From Candidatus Sabulitectum sp. (lineage in GTDB: Bacteria > Fermentibacterota > Fermentibacteria > Fermentibacterales > JCC-6), in assembly GCA_029938555.1 (NCBI GenBank), contig JAOZUR010000004.1, positions 4,757 to 68,756 on the forward strand: DNA of 64,000 nucleotides, read 5' to 3'. Shown here in pieces: positions 60,806-64,000 of this stretch. The translations under genes and the position numbers were made by a program. The notes under the pieces are model-generated. The model made no database searches. It was not told the origin of the DNA and saw only the letters and a list, made by a program, of their open reading frames with translations. Within the stretch, counting starts at the first letter, position 1. Every line of letters begins with the position of its first letter.

Positions 60806-61654
60806 CTACTTCAAAAAATGAAGCAAAGTAGCACTATCGCTACATTCATGCAATTTGGCAATTGCTCTATTCTTTAACTGCCTAACTCTTTCCCGACTGA
60901 TTCCCATGGTTCTTCCAATTTCAGCAAGTGTATGACGGCGGTCAGTTTGAATGCCAAAAAAGAGCTGAATTATGGTTCGCTCACGGTGATCAAGTATACT
61001 GAGCATATCATCAACACTTGTTTTTAAAGCATCAACAAGAACTGCTTCATTAGGAGTTACTCCACCTTCAGCTGCAATCATTTCCTGGAATGTTTTATCA
61101 CTACCTTCGTAAACTGGACTGTCCAAAGAAAGATGAGTACTGTGTATTGACATCATTCCTTCAACCTCTTCCCGGGAAACATCAAGTTCGCCGGCGATTT
61201 CAACAGTGGAAGGATCACGACCTAATGAGTGACCTAACTCGCGAGTTGCTCGTCCCATTTTATAAAGTTCACCAACACGATTAAGAGGAAGACGAACAAT
61301 TCTTGACTGTTCTGCAAGAGCTTGAAGAATAGCCTGTCTGATCCACCAAACGGCATAAGTAATAAATCGACACCCTTTTGTTTCATCAAAACCCTTAGCT
61401 GCACGGATAAGACCCACATTGCCTTCATTGATAAGATCTTCAAGTGCAACACCCTGATTAGCATACTGCTTAGCAATTGAAACTACAAATCTCAAATTTG
61501 CTTCAGTGAGTTCATTAAGAGCACTCTGATCTCCTTCGCGTATTCGCAAAGCAAGGTTTGCTTCTTCCTCGGAAGTCAATGTGTCTCGTGTGCCAATCTC
61601 TCGGAGATAAAGCTCAAGTGAGCGCCCCTCAGTTCTTCGTGTGGCCAAATTCAT
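60806..61654 (-). CDS. rpoD: primary-type sigma-70 factor, short Bacteroidota-like form
   Basis: 282 aa with LELYLREIG, ANLRFVVSIAKQY (region 2), DLINEGNVGLIRAAKGFD and EIGRTMGISRERVRQL (region 4.2). Confidence 0.8.
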   Translation of the reverse strand: MNLATRRTEGRSLELYLREIGTRDTLTSEEEANLALRIREGDQSALNELTEANLRFVVSIAKQYANQGVALEDLINEGNVGLIRAAKGFDETKGCRFITYAVWWIRQAILQALAEQSRIVRLPLNRVGELYKMGRATRELGHSLGRDPSTVEIAGELDVSREEVEGMMSIHSTHLSLDSPVYEGSDKTFQEMIAAEGGVTPNEAVLVDALKTSVDDMLSILDHRERTIIQLFFGIQTDRRHTLAEIGRTMGISRERVRQLKNRAIAKLHECSDSATLLHFLK

Positions 61655-61739
61655 CCGCCTTTCGTAACCTGCATATTTTTCTAAGAGCTTTCACTCTATA
61701 TATTGCCCAGGTAGTTTATGGTTCCCGTAAAGATAATTG

Positions 61740-61760
61740 ATTTGTCAAGACTTGACAAAT
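61740..61760. promoter_or_regulatory. 21-bp perfect palindrome in the rpoD / methyltransferase divergent region, with clustered TTGACA motifs
   Basis: atttgtcaag a cttgacaaat. Further TTGACA motifs lie at 61772 and on the other strand at 61762. Confidence 0.45.
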
Positions 61761-61786
61761 CGTCAAGTGGGTTGACAGGGAGTTTT

Positions 61787-62719
61787 ATGGATTGGTCTAA
61801 GTTTCCAAGGGAAGATGTAAGGTGTAAACTTTGCGGTGCAAGTAAAGCTGAAACCCTTAGCATACAGCGTAGTTGGCCTGTGAGCAGATGCAAAAAATGT
61901 GGATTTATCTACCTATCCAGCAGACCTGTAGAGTCTGCTCTTGAAGAAATGTACAACAAAGAATACTACGATAGTGCTGATGTGGGTTACGGAGGTTATG
62001 CTGATAATTTTATAAAATACAATTCTATTTTCACAGAACTATTCAATAGAAGAGCTGAAAACATTGAACCATTTCGAGGGCAATCCCGCTTACTGGAGGT
62101 TGGTTGTGCTCATGGATTCCTTCTGGACCACCTCCGTAAACGCCAGTGGAAGGTAAAAGGGCTGGAAGTCAGTCCTCTTGCTGCAAAATACGCAAAAGAA
62201 GAATTAAATCTAGATGTTTTTTGTGGTAAACTTGAAAATGCTTTGTACAAAACTAATTCTTTTGATGTTGTACTGTTACTGGATGTACTTGAGCATCTAC
62301 ACAGACCTTTCGAAACGCTAAAGGAAATTGGAAGAATACTTACATCTGATGGAGTTCTTGTGGTACAGTGCCCATGGGAGTTAACCCATTGGGAAGAAAT
62401 CGCAGAAGCTCGACTCAAAAAAATGAAACCATGCACAATCACTCCCGATGCAATTCCTGCACATCTGTATTTTTTTGGTCCTGATACTCTTGAAGCTTTT
62501 TTACAAAAAGGCGGTTTCTCTACTTTCAAAAAACAGAGTGGTAACTATGGTGCAATTAGACGACATATAAAACCTGTACCAATAAATGTGGGACCATTTT
62601 ACGAAAAATTCTTTAGATTTGTTTATTTCAAAGCTGGCCTTCAGAAACTGGTTTATGCACTGGCAAAAACCTTTGGGAAAGGTAACGGCTTGATCAGATA
62701 TGCCAGGTACAAAAAATGA
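61787..62719 (+). CDS. class I SAM-dependent methyltransferase with N-terminal Zn-ribbon
   Basis: CKLCG...CKKCG ribbon and motif I LEVGCAHG. AGGGAG lies upstream of the ATG at 61787. The ORF-track start at 61718 would read through the palindrome. Confidence 0.7.
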   Translation: MDWSKFPREDVRCKLCGASKAETLSIQRSWPVSRCKKCGFIYLSSRPVESALEEMYNKEYYDSADVGYGGYADNFIKYNSIFTELFNRRAENIEPFRGQSRLLEVGCAHGFLLDHLRKRQWKVKGLEVSPLAAKYAKEELNLDVFCGKLENALYKTNSFDVVLLLDVLEHLHRPFETLKEIGRILTSDGVLVVQCPWELTHWEEIAEARLKKMKPCTITPDAIPAHLYFFGPDTLEAFLQKGGFSTFKKQSGNYGAIRRHIKPVPINVGPFYEKFFRFVYFKAGLQKLVYALAKTFGKGNGLIRYARYKK

Positions 62720-63543
62720 ATTGTTTTATTTTTCTAAATAAACAGAAAACAAAAATTGCGGAAATTTGTGAAACTTCCCCGTTTATAGACCTTGTAACTC
62801 ACCTAAAAAATTGTGGTGTTACAAATATTTACTCAAACAGTACCGAAAAAAATGAAAATTATGTATCTTGTGACTTTGAAACCGTTAAAGAAAAACTTGG
62901 TTCTGGTTGGTTGGCAGCTTACAGTGGTTGTTTAACAAGGCAGTCTCCGTGGGAACTGAAAGAGAAAACAATTAGCATTAATGCAGATATTGGTGTTTCC
63001 CTTGCATGTTCAGGACAACCTTGGGAACACACAACAATACTTACAGATGGTTGTGGGTTTATTGAAAAAACTGAAAAAAATCCCACACCGGAAAACTCAG
63101 AAACAAACCTGTGTTTTTCAAACCTTGTATGGGTTTCCTCAGATAAATTTGATCCATACTTTCCGCTTTCAATAAAGAAAACAGGAGCATTTCTTCTCTC
63201 TGGTTACTGGAAATGTCCTGATACAAGGGGTAATTTCCTACTTTCGTTCCATGATATTCTTATTGGTACTGTACATCCTTGGCCTCATATCCTGATTCCA
63301 GAAAATGGTATAATTCTTAACAGTGTAATTCCAGAAAGTACAGTGATCAAGGGAACAATATGGGTGGGTAAAAACTGTGAAATTGAAACAGGCTGTACAC
63401 TGGAAAACTGTGTTATACTTGATGGAGCAAAAATCGGAACTAATTCAAACCTCAGGAACTGTCTTGTGATTGCAGGAGGCAGAATACCCGGAAACACCGT
63501 TCAATACGATAAGTATTTGAGCCTGCTAGGAGATGAAAACTAA
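62716..63543 (+). CDS. hypothetical protein with C-terminal left-handed beta-helix (hexapeptide); possible degenerate sugar-phosphate nucleotidyltransferase
   Basis: C-terminal GKNCEIETGCTLENCVILDGAKIGTNSNLRNCLVIAGGRIPGN. No GxGxRL motif at the N-terminus. Confidence 0.45.
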   Translation: MNCFIFLNKQKTKIAEICETSPFIDLVTHLKNCGVTNIYSNSTEKNENYVSCDFETVKEKLGSGWLAAYSGCLTRQSPWELKEKTISINADIGVSLACSGQPWEHTTILTDGCGFIEKTEKNPTPENSETNLCFSNLVWVSSDKFDPYFPLSIKKTGAFLLSGYWKCPDTRGNFLLSFHDILIGTVHPWPHILIPENGIILNSVIPESTVIKGTIWVGKNCEIETGCTLENCVILDGAKIGTNSNLRNCLVIAGGRIPGNTVQYDKYLSLLGDEN

Positions 63544-64000
63544 TGGTAGCCAGAATAGAAAAATATCTTGATGAGGTAAGCAAACTGGTTCTGAAAATCC
63601 CATCAGATGCAGTTGAAAGAATCGCATCAATTATTCTTGAAGCATACAAAAAGGGAAATAGAGTTTTTGTTTTCGGCAATGGTGGTGGAAGCTCAACCAG
63701 CGCACACTTCGTTTGTGACCTTGCAAAAGGAACGATATCCCAAGGCAAACCACGACTGAAGGCAATATCACTGGCAGAGAACATGCCTCTGCTCACTGCT
63801 TGGGCCAATGACACAGATTACACCAACACATTTGGCGAACAATTGAAAAATTTAGTAGAATTTGAGGATGTTGTAATCGGACTATCCGGCAGTGGTATGA
63901 GCCCAAATGTTATCAATGCTTTTCATGTTGCAAATGATGCAGGAGCTATTTCAATCCTGTTTTCCGGCTTCGATGGAGGTAACGCACTAAATGTGGCAAA
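63543..64000 (+). CDS. gmhA: D-sedoheptulose-7-phosphate isomerase (SIS domain), 3'-truncated by window edge
   Basis: MVARIEKYLDEVSKLV...RVFVFGNGGGSSTSAHFVCDL. Confidence 0.75.
   Translation, partial: MVARIEKYLDEVSKLVLKIPSDAVERIASIILEAYKKGNRVFVFGNGGGSSTSAHFVCDLAKGTISQGKPRLKAISLAENMPLLTAWANDTDYTNTFGEQLKNLVEFEDVVIGLSGSGMSPNVINAFHVANDAGAISILFSGFDGGNALNVA

Noticed and set aside
61718-61786. Upstream start of the Zn-ribbon methyltransferase
   Set aside because: It would translate across a perfect 21-bp palindrome and a TTGACA cluster. The in-frame ATG at 61787 has an AGGGAG RBS.
1-64000. Scan for CRISPR arrays, rRNA, tRNA, transposase or integrase genes
   Set aside because: No periodic repeat-spacer structure, no GTTCGAATCC-type T-arm signatures in the larger intergenic regions, and no DDE, tyrosine or serine recombinase motifs were found.

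Overview
This is a gene-dense (~90% coding), mostly minus-strand chromosomal segment with about 53 protein-coding genes. It contains no rRNA, tRNA, CRISPR array, transposase or integrase that I can recognise. The organism looks like a Gram-negative of the FCB superphylum (Bacteroidota-like), judging from a bifunctional LpxC/FabZ, a short (~280 aa) RpoD, a type-IX-secretion C-terminal sorting domain on a C25 peptidase, and a DUF5683 protein. The backbone is outer-membrane and LPS biogenesis: lptF-lptG, a contiguous clpC-bamA-skp-lpxD-lpxC/fabZ-lpxA block followed by an ECF sigma/anti-sigma pair, and lolD-lolE. Housekeeping genes are serC, ligA, lysS, prfB (with the classical +1 programmed frameshift CTT TGA C, which the ORF track mis-starts), rpsD, rpoD and gmhA. 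Transport is represented by a P-type cation ATPase, an EamA transporter, a zur-znuACB zinc operon with a palindromic operator, and a cation:proton antiporter coupled to an EIIA-Ntr::PII-like fusion and an atypical SHMT-like gene. Large secreted proteins include a 1873-aa outer-membrane giant (possibly SprA-like), a tricorn-like protease and a C25 peptidase. The most accessory-looking stretch is a low-GC three-gene islet at ~36.0-39.3 kb (AAA/DUF4143 ATPase, Fic AMPylase with a C-terminal wHTH, RhuM-family protein). It is bounded by strong hairpins and carries a perfect 16+2+16 bp palindrome at the Fic promoter, making it the best candidate here for an uncharacterised defence- or toxin-like module. 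There are also several clusters of unannotated secreted or membrane proteins and a number of intrinsic terminators and palindromic operators.
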